A stretch of DNA of 64,000 nt from positions 107,880,001-107,944,000 of the forward strand of contig NC_043002.1 in NCBI RefSeq assembly GCF_006345805.1. The letters are read 5' to 3'. Shown piece by piece: positions 1 through 11,649 of this stretch (its first letter is position 1; each line of letters starts with the position of its first letter). The notes below the pieces were generated by a model. The model saw nothing but the letters and a program-made list of their open reading frames with translations. It made no database searches and was not told the origin of the DNA. The translations under genes and the position numbers were made by a program. The stretch comes from Octopus sinensis. Taxonomy: Eukaryota.

Positions 1-27
1 TGGGTGAACAAACACAGATACACACAC

Positions 28-418
<391 letters not shown>

Positions 419-1086
419 ATATATATATATATATATAAATATATTACGACAGGCTTCTTTCAGTTTCCCCCTACCAAATCCACTCACAAGGCTTTGGTCA
501 GCCTGAGGCTATAGTAAAAGATACTTGCCTAAGGTGTCACGCAGTGGGACTGAACCCGGAACCATGTGGTTGATAAGCAAGCTTCTTACCACACAGTCAC
601 TCCTGCCACGTTTGGTCTCAGTAACTTTCTGGTTAACTATGTGTTTGGGAACCATTGATAGACTGAGTGAGCTATGTTCACTACATGTAACACTTTTGTT
701 AACTATGTTCACTACATGTAACACTTTTGTTAACTATGTTCACTGTATGTACACTAGGCCTTCTCAGTAACTTTCTGGTTTATTGTTGAGATACATTCAT
801 TGCCAGAATAAAGACTGAAGTGGTTAGTTCTTATCTTTGCATCTCATAATCTCAATGTGAAATGCAGTATATGTAAAGAGCATGGAGAGGAAAGCCTTTC
901 TGATAAATGTGTTAGAAGTTGAGATCAAAAGACAGATATTTCTAAGAAATGAACAATTCATCACAAGATCAACCGTCAAACGATTTGTTACAATAATTTT
1001 AGTTGGAAAAGACATTTCCCTTCTTGAAATCTATTTCTGTCTCTCTTCTCATCTGACAGCAAATATAGTAAAGTGAACAAATACTT

Positions 1087-1824
1087 TTAACCCTTTAGTG
1101 TTTAAACCGGCCAAATCCAGCCCAATATATTCTACATGTTTTATATTCAAACTGGCGATATCTAGCCTCTCACACCTACCCTACAATGTCATTCTAAAAA
1201 TAAACAATCACATCATTGAAACCTCAAAGCTATAAGATAATGCATGATTAATTCAAAACAATTTGAGTGAAAAAGTATTACATTTAACAGAGTAATCTGA
1301 ACACTAAAGGGTTAAACAGTTAATGTTTATTGATTTCAGTCAGAAGCACAAGGCAAGGGTGTGTTAACCCTTTTGATGCCAACCTGACTGAAACCGCCTC
1401 TGGCTCTGTAGTACAAATGTCTTGTTTTCAAAAGTTCTGAATTAAAATCTTCCACCAAACCTTAGTCACAATTTATGTTCTTAGCACTAGCTTAATGATA
1501 ACTAAGTTATTTTACTAGATTCTTTGTTATATTCAAAATAAATTGAAAGAAACACAAAGCATCCCAACAGAAATATGGTAACAAAAGGGTTAGAATTTAT
1601 AATAGACAAGCAATTCTTAACCCTTTCGAAACTGCTTCTGGCTCTCTGAGTACAAATGTCTTGTTTTCAAAAGTTTTGAATTAAAATTTTCCACCAAACA
1701 TCAGTCACAATTTATGTTCCTAACACTAGCTCAGTGTTAGGAATTTTCCTAAATTCTTTATATTTAAAATTAATTGGAAGAAACACAGAGCATCTCAACA
1801 GAAATATGGTAACAAAAGGGTTAA
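1087..1824. mobile_element. Cluster of three piggyBac-type MITEs (1087-1315, 1364-1592, 1617-1824)
   Basis: TTAA|CCCTTT ... AAAGGG|TTAA termini (one right flank is TTAG). Confidence 0.75.
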
Positions 1825-1928
1825 GTGAGTAGGGGTGGGGTACTGTTTATGTCTGACACAACAGCATTCATGATATGAGTGGGCTGCAATAACAACAAAA
1901 TAACTCTGGACAGAGATCACTTCCTTAA

Positions 1929-2714
1929 GTGATCACAGACTGGCAACTGAAACTGGCTGTGGACAAGTGTACCACCATGCATTTTGGGAGAAAAAACCCT
2001 GCGTCCACATACTCCCTCCACAACACTGATATCAAGAAATCCTCTTGCGAGCGTGACCTAGGCATCACTGTCAGCAGTGATTTGCGTTGGACAAAGCATA
2101 TCTCTAAAATTCTCAAGAAGGCCGAGGGTGTCTTGGCATCACTCAGCAAGACTTTTGTTAGCCGCTCTCCAGCCATCTATTTAAAACTATATACAGCTAT
2201 GGTACGACCACACTTGGAATTCGCATCATCAGTTTGGAATCCCTATCTTGCTCAGAACATTGACCTCCTGGAATCTGTCCAGAGACGTGCAACCAAACGC
2301 ATACCCTCCATCAGACACCTACCATATTCTGAGCGCCTTGTTTCCCTGGGCATGGATTCACTGAAGCTCCGGCGTCTAGCGACGGACTTGGTAAACACCC
2401 ACAAGGTTATCAACCACCTCACCAACAACAACACTGAACACCTTTTTGATCTCCATGTGTCTAACACACGTGGACATGCCTACAAAGTCAGAAAACAGCA
2501 CAGCTCCCATGACTTTCGGAAACATTTTTTCACGCTCAGGGTTGCTGAAGCGTGGAATAAACTGCCTGCATCAGTTGTTGACTGCCATGACACTGCATCC
2601 TTTAAGGCCCTCATGCTTCCCGAAATCCGTCGAAACTACACCTGATTATATATACACTTTAGATGAGTTGTAGTGCACCTGAGCACTGTACACAATTATT
2701 ATTATTATTATTTT
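1929..2714 (+). mobile_element. CR1-clade LINE 3' fragment (RT C-terminal region plus (ATT)n tail)
   Basis: 238-aa ORF with ERDLGI, VRPHLEFASSVWNPY, LESVQRRATK and RRL..DL; short copies of the same 3' end at about 31190-31290 (+) and a related end at about 23405-23630 (-). Confidence 0.88.
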
Positions 2715-2733
2715 AAGAATTGTGTACCAAAAC

Positions 2734-3150
2734 CTATTTCTTTACTACCCACAAGGGGCTAAACACAGAGGGGACAAACAAGGACAGACAAATGGATTAA
2801 GTCAATTATATCGACCCCAGTGAGTAACTGGTACTTATTTAATCGATCCTGAAAGGATGAAAGGCAAAGTTGACCTCGGCGGAATTTGAACTCAGAACGT
2901 AGCGGCAGACGAAATACCTATTTCTTTACTACCCACAAGGGGCTAAACACAGAGGGGACAAACAAGGACAGACATAGGTATTAAGTCGATTATATCGACC
3001 CCAGTGCGTAACTGGTACTTATTTAATCGACCCCGAAAGGATGAAAGGCAAAGTTGACCTCGGCGGAATTTGAACTCAGAACATAGCAGCAGACGAAATA
3101 CCACTAAGCATTTCGCCCGGCGTGCTAACGTTTCTGCCAGCTTGCCGCCT
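2734..3150 (-). mobile_element. SINE family C, two tandem copies; others at about 6897-7127, 8397-8629, 19168-19400, 30301-30517 and 53123-53352
   Basis: Head ggcggcgagctggcagaaacgttagcacgccgggcgaaatgc...ttctgagttcaaattccgcc, tail ccccttgtgggtagtaaagaaatag. Confidence 0.85.
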
Positions 3151-3220
3151 CATGTGCCAAAACCTGTTTACCTAAATGACATCCATTTTCACCCCTGAAA
3201 ATTTGTAAGATGATCCTTAC

Positions 3221-3457
3221 CTGTTTCTCTCTGTTTGTGATAGCTGTTAATGCATTCTTAGTTGTGTGAAGTTCACTGGACAGGGAGTGAATTGTGTTTT
3301 GAGATGATGTGCTCTTATCTTTCTTTTCTTCTTCTTGGGATTTACATTTTATTTCAAGACTGGAGATTCTTTGAGCTTGTTTAATTCGTATCTTTTTCAG
3401 TTCTTCCACTTCTTTAGCAAGTTCTTCCAAATCTTTCTCCTGCTCCAAGGAATGAAC
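3221..3457 (-). CDS. CCDC170: CCDC170 coding exon 10 (VHSLEQEKDLEEL...TNREKQ); terminal exon not found in the window
   Basis: Acceptor after a pyrimidine tract, aaag|GTT; donor CAG|gtaagg; 237 nt; ends in REKQ as in the vertebrate protein. No exon matching the remaining C-terminus was seen in 1-3220. Confidence 0.88.
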
Positions 3458-3502
3458 CTTTTAGCGAGAAAAGAGAAAAGGAAGACCAAAAACTTCTGAT
3501 AT

Positions 3503-4286
3503 AATATATATATAAAAGTGAGGTTGTGTGCTGTCTGTCTCCTACGATTTAGATTCCTAACTACTCCCACATTTTGCGGTGCAGTTTAACCAAAACCGGG
3601 TATCTTATAGTCGTGATTCATATCGAGCCCTTCTGGGTATTAGCGCACGTCTACGATGATTCTACGATTTAAAAAATAATTTACCATCATTTTTTTCCAT
3701 TTTAATGCATTTTTTCGCTATTATATAAGGGAAGTAACTCTCTAAAAATGTCTACGATGAGTCAACGATTTTTAAAAAAATTTAGCATCATTTTTTTTCC
3801 ATTTTTAATGCATTTTTTTGCTATTTTTGGCTATAACTCTCTAAAAATGCTTATATAGTTATTTCCCTTACAAACCCGAGCAACGCCAGGCGATACTGCT
3901 AGTATATCTCTCTCTATATAAACGGCAGTTTGTCTGTGCGTTTTCTGTGTGTCTGTTTTCTCGTACCCTCACTCTGACCACGGCTTTCAACCAATTCTGA
4001 TGAAACTTGACACACACATAGCCCAATGTCATAATTCAAAACTAACGCAGCGAAAATTTTGAAAAGTTCCCCCAGTTCTGAAAAAAATCGATAAATTCGA
4101 CATGGGGTCGAGAATCAGAAACCCAAACCACAGACCGTCTAGGGGACGCAACTCCACCTTTTTTAACTCTCAAAAAAATTTACCATCATTTTTTTCCATT
4201 TTTTTGCTATTTTTGGCTATAACTCTCTAAAAATGCTTTATAGTTATTTCCCTTACAAACCTGAGCAACGCCGGGCGATACTGCTA

Positions 4287-4287
<1 letters not shown>
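3503..4287 (+). mobile_element. Two tandem non-autonomous Helitrons (ending at 3902 and 4287); related copies at about 39917-40250 (-) and 46143-46527 (-)
   Basis: 3' hairpin cccgagcaacgccggg followed about 10 nt later by CTAG then T; the two copies have different 5' halves and a shared 3' end. Confidence 0.75.
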
Positions 4288-4318
<31 letters not shown>

Positions 4319-4328
<10 letters not shown>

Positions 4329-4613
4329 ATTTAGGAATGGTCATTTTGCCAGTTTAGCTATTAAAAACACACGCACTATATATTTAGTGTTACTTTGCTT
4401 CAGCGTTATTCATTTTTTACATTAATCTTAATCTTATTTCGGCCAGAGTTCTTTCGTCACACTCCTGTGACCTCATCAGTGACCTCTGGCTGAAATAGGA
4501 TTAAAATTAAAATAAAAAATGAATAATGCTGAAGCAAAGTAACACCAAATATATAGTGCGTGTGTTTTTAATGGCTAAACTGGCAAAATGACCATTCCTA
4601 AATACAACAATAT
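4319..4613. mobile_element. Hairpin element (130-bp arms 4319-4448 and 4484-4613, 35-bp loop) with a central hammerhead motif
   Basis: Arms differ at 8 of 130 positions with no indels; the left end lies in (TA)n next to a Helitron 3' end. Confidence 0.8.
4441..4484 (-). ncRNA. Minimal type I hammerhead ribozyme motif
   Basis: Minus strand reads GGUCA CUGAUGA G GUCAC AGGAGU GUGAC GAAA G AA CUC/UGGCC: 5-bp stem I, 5-bp stem II, 2-bp stem III, one extra G after A9, CUC cleavage triplet. Confidence 0.65.
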
Positions 4614-6444
4614 CTGTTTCAACACACGACTTCACATAAAAAATCTTGCACAACAAATATATAAATGTAATTTATTATATATATACTCTTTTACTTGTTT
4701 CAGTCATTTGACTGCAGCCATGCTGGAGCACCACCTTTAATCGAGCAACTCGACCCCAGGACTTATTCTTTGTAAGCCCAGTACTTATTCTATCGGTCTG
4801 TTTTGCCGAACCGCTAAGTGACGGGGACGTAAACACACACCAGCATCGGTTGTCAGGCAATGCTAGAGGGACAAACACAGACACACAAACACACATACAC
4901 ATACATATATATATATACATATATACGACAGGCTTCTTTCAGTTTCCGTCTACCAAATCCACTCACAAGGCATTGGTCGGCCCGGGGCTATGGCAGAAGA
5001 CACTTGCCCAAGATGCCAAGCTACTTACCACACAGTCACTCCTGCGCCTGTATTCATTAATAATGAATATATGTTTAAAATTGATAGAATGTGTTCAATA
5101 TATTTTGGATTGGATTGGATTGTCCATGTCCAATCTACTACAGGACGAGGATCTCAGCATGCTCTCCCCACTAGCATAGTTTGATGTGCAGGCCATGAAT
5201 TTGAGCTTGAGGTCATAAAGGTTTAATAAGCCTACTTTGGCTTATCAAGCCTGTCTCTGGCTTATCTACACTGGCTCAACATGGCTTGGTAGAGAGATGC
5301 AATTTTTATACTCATACGCAAGAGTTTATTAATAATAAATATACATTTATTATTGATATAATACGTTTAATAAATGTAGTCTTGTATTCTTTTACGTGTT
5401 TCCATCATTTAACTGCAGCCATGCTGGAGCACCACCTTTAGTCAAACAAATCAACCCCAGGACTTATTCTTTGTAAGCCTAGAACTTATTCTATTGGTCT
5501 CTTTTACCAAACCGCTAAGTTATGGGGATATAAACACACCAGCATCGGTTGTCAAGCAATGTTGGGGGGACAAACACAGACATACAAACATATACACACA
5601 CATACATATATACATATATACGATGGGCTTCTTTCAGTTTCCGTCTACCAAATCCACTCACAAGGCTTTGGTCAGCCCGAGGCTATAGTAGAAGACACTT
5701 GCCCAAGGTGCCACGCAGTGGGACTGAACCCGGAACCATGTGGTTGGGAGCAAAGCTTCTTACCACATAGCCTGAGGCTTCACTAAGTTGTTTTCTTCTT
5801 TTTAATATACACTTTTCTCCACCGATACTGGGGGAATAATTTTCCCAAATTAGGACATTTCAATAAATCAGCTCTGAGGTAAGAAGTTTATTTTCCAACC
5901 ACGTGGTTTCAGGTTCAGTCCTGCTGCATGGTACCTTGGGCAAAGAATCTTTCCTATAGCCCTGTGCTGACCAAAGCTTTGTGAGTGTGTATTGGGTAAA
6001 CAGAAGCTCTGTGCTTGTGTGTGTAGGCAGAGGTGTGGCTGTGTGGTAAGTAGCTTTCTTGCCAACCATATGGTTCCAGGTTCAGTCCCACTGCATGGCA
6101 CTTTGGGCAAGTGTCTTCTGCTGTAGCCTTGGGCTGACCAAAGCTTTGTGAATGGATTTGGTAGACGGAAACTGAAAGAAGCTTGTCATATATATATTTA
6201 TATATGTGTGTGTATGTATGTGTGTGTGTGTGTTTGTGTGTTTGTCCCCACAACATCTCTTGACAACCAATGCTGGTGTGTTTACGACCCCGTAACTTAG
6301 CGGTTCGGCAAAAGAGACTGATAAAATAAGTACTAGACTTACAAAGAATAAGTCCTGGGGTCGATTTGCTCAACTATAGGCAGTGCTCCAGCATGGCTGC
6401 AGTAAAATTACTGAAACAAGTGAAAGAATATGTATGTATGTATG

Positions 6445-6496
<52 letters not shown>

Positions 6497-7270
6497 CACA
6501 TATATATAGACTCAGCATCTACAAAGGAGATGACAAAGGACGAGATATCTGGGACCTTGCTGTACTCAGGATAACCCAGCCTCCACAGCAGAAGTGATAT
6601 CCTGAAAAACGCCTTAATAATGCTTGTCCACCTCCACCTCCATCCTCTCTGCCTCTCCACCCCCCACCCGTCACCATCACCACATTCCATCCTGTAATAC
6701 CCATCACTTCCTCTGCCAGCTGAGAGCAGGGCAGGCACCTACTTCATCCCTGCCCCCTGCTTTCTCAGTTACTTTTCTCCTCCCACCTCCATTCATCCCC
6801 CACCTCAAACCCCTTCCATTTCTAACTGACTTTCCCCACCAATCGCCTCCTTTCTATCCCTTCTCTCCCCTCTTTGTGCTGTTCCCCATTATTAATACCT
6901 ATTTCTTTATTACCCACAAGGAGCTAAACACAGAGGGAACAAACAAGGACAGACATAGGTATTAAGTCGATTACATCGACCCCAGTGCGTAACTGGTACT
7001 TAATTTATCGACCCCGAAAGGATGAAAGGCAAAGTCGACCTCGGCGGAATTTGAACTCTGAACGTAACGGCAGACGAAATACCACCAAGCATTTTGCCTG
7101 GCGTGCTAACAATTCCGCCAGCTCGCTGCTTGCCCACTGTCACCCTCAATGCCTTCACATGTCTACTGCAACCCCTGCTATATTCCTTTGCTACAGTCAC
7201 CTCACCCACACCTGAAGCTTCAGTATTATCTCACCTATTCTCACCATGAGAAATAACTTTGCTTTTTTAC

Positions 7271-7687
7271 CTTCAAGTCACTGGATTCTAAGAGACGAGC
7301 CTTCAAGTCGGTTTTTTCTGACATGGATTCCTTTAGTTGTGCTTTATATTTTTCAATGACTTTTTCCAATTTTCGTACTCTCATGGTCTCAGAATCCCTT
7401 TCTTTCTCTAAATCTGACCTGCCGTGTAAAAGCTCTTCAAGGTTTGAAATCTTCTTTCTCAAGAGATCCAAGTGTAAATCTTTACTTGTAAGTTGTTCCT
7501 TCAAAGATTTCAGTTTCTTTTGTTGGCCATAAACTTGAGTACTTCGTTCGGCCAAAGCGCTGGATTCCAGCTTCACCAGTTGTTCGGCTCGTGCCAAGAT
7601 AGCATCAATAGTCAAATCGAATCCCGTATCTTTAGTTATTGTATCCATTTTCATGATTTCAGAAAGTTCTTCAAGACATTTCATATA
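7271..7687 (-). CDS. CCDC170: CCDC170 coding exon 9 (YMKCLEELSEIMK...GFDLTIDAILARAEQLVKLES...SSDLK)
   Basis: GFDLTIDAILARAEQLVKLES...LKEQLTSKDLHLDLLRKKI matches vertebrate GFDMRLDVVLARTEQLVRLES...KERLESKELHMSLLRQKI; acceptor ttatag|TAT, donor AAG|gtaaaa; 417 nt; follows a 105-nt intron. Confidence 0.93.
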
Positions 7688-7792
7688 CTATAAAATCAAG
7701 ATGAGAAATGTTTTGGAATATTTAGTAAATTTCAACCGAAAAAACAATTCTTAAGAAAGGAAAAAAAAATTTTTTAAATCCTTAATAATCAC

Positions 7793-7993
7793 CTTTTCTT
7801 TGCTTGATTTATAACTTGAACGAAGGATGTCCCCCGTGGCCAGTTCTTCCTCATTTTTATGCAGGTTCTCTTCTAAATCAGCACATTTAATTTCAGTGAG
7901 TTTTAACTGTTTTATTGCCATCTGGTGTAGGTTATGTTGGCTTTCTAATTGATCCACAAGTTTCTTTATTTCTTTCTCACAGAAATTGATTTG
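7793..7993 (-). CDS. CCDC170: CCDC170 coding exon 8 (QINFCEKEIKKLVDQLESQ...GDILRSSYKSSKEK)
   Basis: Acceptor ttttttag|CAA, donor AAG|gtgatt; 201 nt; the end aligns with vertebrate GGVLRDNLNFEKQK. Confidence 0.88.
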
Positions 7994-9214
7994 CTAAAAA
8001 AAGTAACGGAACAAACGAAATGACAGCAAAGTGTCTTTACAACACGGTGTACATGTTTGTCTATATGTGTGTGTGACTGTGTATTTAAGCAGTTTGCTTC
8101 CCAACCACATGGTTCCAGGTTCAATCTCACAGCATGGCACCTTGGGTAAATGTCTTCTACTGTAGCCTCCCCCGGTTCACAAGTCTTGTGGGTTGGTTTG
8201 ATAGACAGAAACTGAAAAAATCTATCATGTGTGTGTGTGTGTGTGTGCGCATAGTGTGTGTATGTGTGTGTGTGTGTGTGCGCATAGTGTGTGTATGTGT
8301 GTGGTGTGTGTGTGTGTGTTGGGCATAAGAGGAATCAAATGTAGCAGGCAAGAGAGAAGGTATATCAGCCAAAACAAACAAGATGAGGACAAATATCAAT
8401 TTCTTTACTACCCACAAGGGGCTAAACACAGAGAGGACAAACAAGGACAGACAAACGGACTAAATCGATTATATCGACCCCAGTGCGTAACTGGTACTTA
8501 TTTAATCGACCCCGAAAGGATGAAAGGCAGAGTCAACCTTGGCGGAATTTGAACTCAGAACGTAACGGCAGACGAAATACGGCTACGCATTTCGCCGGCA
8601 TGCTAACGTTTCTGCCAGCTCACCGCCTTAAATGAAGACAGATATCCGTTGAATGTAAATAATGTAAATAATGTAAACTAAATTTGTGGTGGACGAGTTT
8701 TCTTGAGTATAACAATGTGGCACATATTTCAGTCCTTTATCATCTCTTTTGTAAGGCTCGACATTTTAAGGGTTAATGCTGGGAAATGAGAGACCATGAT
8801 AATTCAAAACAATGGTCCAGGCTCTGTTCATATTAAGAACCATTTGAATGAAGAGAATCATTTAATGTATCTGAGAAGCATGGTGTCTGCAACTGGAGGC
8901 AGAGAAGAAGACATTAGCAAAATGTAAGAGAAGATGGCTAGGCCGTATGTTAAGAAAATTAGGAGATGTTTTGCAAGACAAGCCTTCGATTGGAACCCTG
9001 AGAGAAGAGGAAGGCAGAATGTTTAAGGATCGCATGGCAGAGATCAGCAGAAGAGGAATGGAAAATGCCAGGGTTGACATGGGATCAAATGAAAATGGAA
9101 TCATGGGAAAAAATATAATGGAAACTGCTGTTGAGAGCCAATATTCATTTATAGTATCTGAACATCATGATGTGTGTGTGTGTGTATATATACACTAGTA
9201 CGAATAAAGATAAG

Positions 9215-9245
<31 letters not shown>

Positions 9246-9529
9246 TGTATATGTGTGTATGTGTATATACACTAGTACGAATAAAGATAATGTGTGTGTG
9301 TGTGTGAGAGAGAGAGAGAGTGTGTGTATGTATGTGTGTAAGTATGTATGCATGCATGTATGTATATGGTTTTGTGTGTCAGAGAGAGAGAGAGCGAGTG
9401 TGTGTGTATGTATGTATGTATATGGTTTTGTGTGTGTGTGTGTATGTATGTCTATATACGTATGTTTCTATGTACATATGTATGCATGTGCGTGTATGTA
9501 CATATGTGTGTATATAAATAACCCCTTAC

Positions 9530-9847
9530 ATTGCCATACTCTTGGTTTTTAAACATCAGCTGCTGGCATCTTTGTTTGATGTCCTCATCAGTTGCCTGTA
9601 CGACATTACAGTGGTCAGTGAGGATTGTAGCTATCTGTTCCCTCAATAACAACAGTTGAGATTCAGTGGTCTTCATGCTCTGTCCAGATTGTCTCATGTC
9701 ATGGTTCATCAAAGACATTTGGTTCTCTCGAAGTTTTAACTCATTCTGGCAACTGTCGAGAGCTCTTTGACAACTCAGCATCTGGTCCTTCAGATGGCTC
9801 AACTCTCTCTCTGCATTCTTTTTCATTTCAAGGGCATTATCGCGTTC
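9530..9847 (-). CDS. CCDC170: CCDC170 coding exon 7 (ERDNALEMKKNAEREL...NQEYGN)
   Basis: Acceptor caaaag|GAA, donor AAT|gtaagg; 318 nt, phase 0; coiled coil. Confidence 0.88.
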
Positions 9848-9945
9848 CTTTTGAGGTCCCAGACAAAAACAAAATAGAAATACATTTATAAAAAAAAATA
9901 AGGAACACAATTTGAAGTTAACAGAAAGGAATAATAATAATAATG

Positions 9946-10006
<61 letters not shown>

Positions 10007-10097
10007 TAATAATTATAATAATAATAATAAATAGCTTAAATGGCTTATAAACACCTTTCACGTTGCAATAATAATGATAATGATGATGATAATAATA

Positions 10098-10490
10098 TCA
10101 GGTTATCCCATAAGTTCTGTCCAAATTTTGAATAAAGAGAACAAGTGATAAAATGTTATATTTAATTGAAATTTAATCATCAATGTACTTTCCCTAATTA
10201 TCTATGACTTCCTTCCATCTATTTACAAGCTTTTTAATCCCATCAATGTAAAACTCTTTTGGTTTCAAAGCGAAGAACTCTGAAATGTCAGTTTCGACCT
10301 CCTCCTGGCTTGTGAAAGTTATGTCCCCCAAATGATTCTGTAAACTACGAAACAAATGGTAATCTGAAGGAGCAAGGTCAGGAGAATAAGGTGGATGAGG
10401 AATTTTTTCCCAACCAAGTTCTTTGATCTTCTGTTGATATGATCTTTGCAGTGTGGGGTCACGCATTGTCCTGATGAAACGTCACTCCTT
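10098..10490 (-). mobile_element. Mariner transposase 3' fragment with one terminal repeat
   Basis: HPPYSPDLAPSDYHLFRSLQN motif in ORF 10194..10466. Confidence 0.85.
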
Positions 10491-11649
10491 TTCGATTCAC
10501 TAAAGCGGATCTTTAATAATTTATATTAAGGTTTTTATAATTGTATTCCTATCTTATATATATTGAATTTTAATGTATATATGTATGTTATTATGGTTCT
10601 TGTTTTGTTAAATAAATAAATAAGTCAACATTCTAATATCCGAAAGCTGATAAATCAACTAAATTGTTTCTCCATTTTCTTATTTGTATTATAAATTAAT
10701 GGTAAAATATTTCTTTACCTTCACCCATTTAATACAATAAGTGAGTTCATTGCATTGCAATTAAAAATACTTGTGTATTAATAATTTGGGTATTATACCA
10801 ACAGTATATTGGATAAGTATTATCCCTTAGTAGGTTGGATCCACAACCCCTAACTTACTATATATATATATATAGTAAATCCCAAGAAATGAAGAACAAA
10901 CACAAAATAAGAAAAGGACATGGTACATGTAAAGTATTAGCAAATGCTCAGGGAAGGAAAGAAAGGTGGTTTAACGTTTCAAGCAAAGCTCTTCTTCAGA
11001 AACAGAGCAAAGTCCAATAGAAAAGCAAGATGAGGTAAATAAAAAAAAATGCCAACGGTTATATATATATATATGTATACACAAAATTAAGAGGAATGAC
11101 CACTAAAGTGGACACCTAATATGCTCAACATAGATGTCAAATCGCCATTACCACAAAGAATGTGTTCTCAAGAAAAAAATCTCAGCAAAACGCCAAAATA
11201 TAAAAATGAGCAATGCAAATGAAAATATACAAAATAAAAAAACGATTACCTACGTACCAATGGTTTCACTTGCGAAAATCTATGAATGCAAACACGCAGA
11301 TATCTGCAAGATTGTCAGCGTAGTCTGTTGCTTACAAAACACAATTTCCAGAACTAGATTCAGAACACTCGACTGAAATTGAGCATCTATAAAGTTCTAC
11401 AAATGCCCTCACTTTGGTGCACTGAGGCCAGAAATTATTCTGCAGTTAATAAATTTCAGCAGCCAAATTACCGGTTAGAGAACATTTTGTATTTAAAATT
11501 AAATAATAAGGGTAGAAATTGATATTAATTAATTAAAACCAGTGGCTTAGCATATTTAAAAAATCTTCAGATTTTTTAAATATGCTAAGCCACTGGTTTG
11601 AATTGATTAATATCAATTTCTACCCTTATATATATATATATATATATAT

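Noticed and set aside
824-1076. Candidate last exon of CCDC170
   Set aside because: No frame resembles the expected C-terminus after REKQ; the terminal exon probably lies outside the window.
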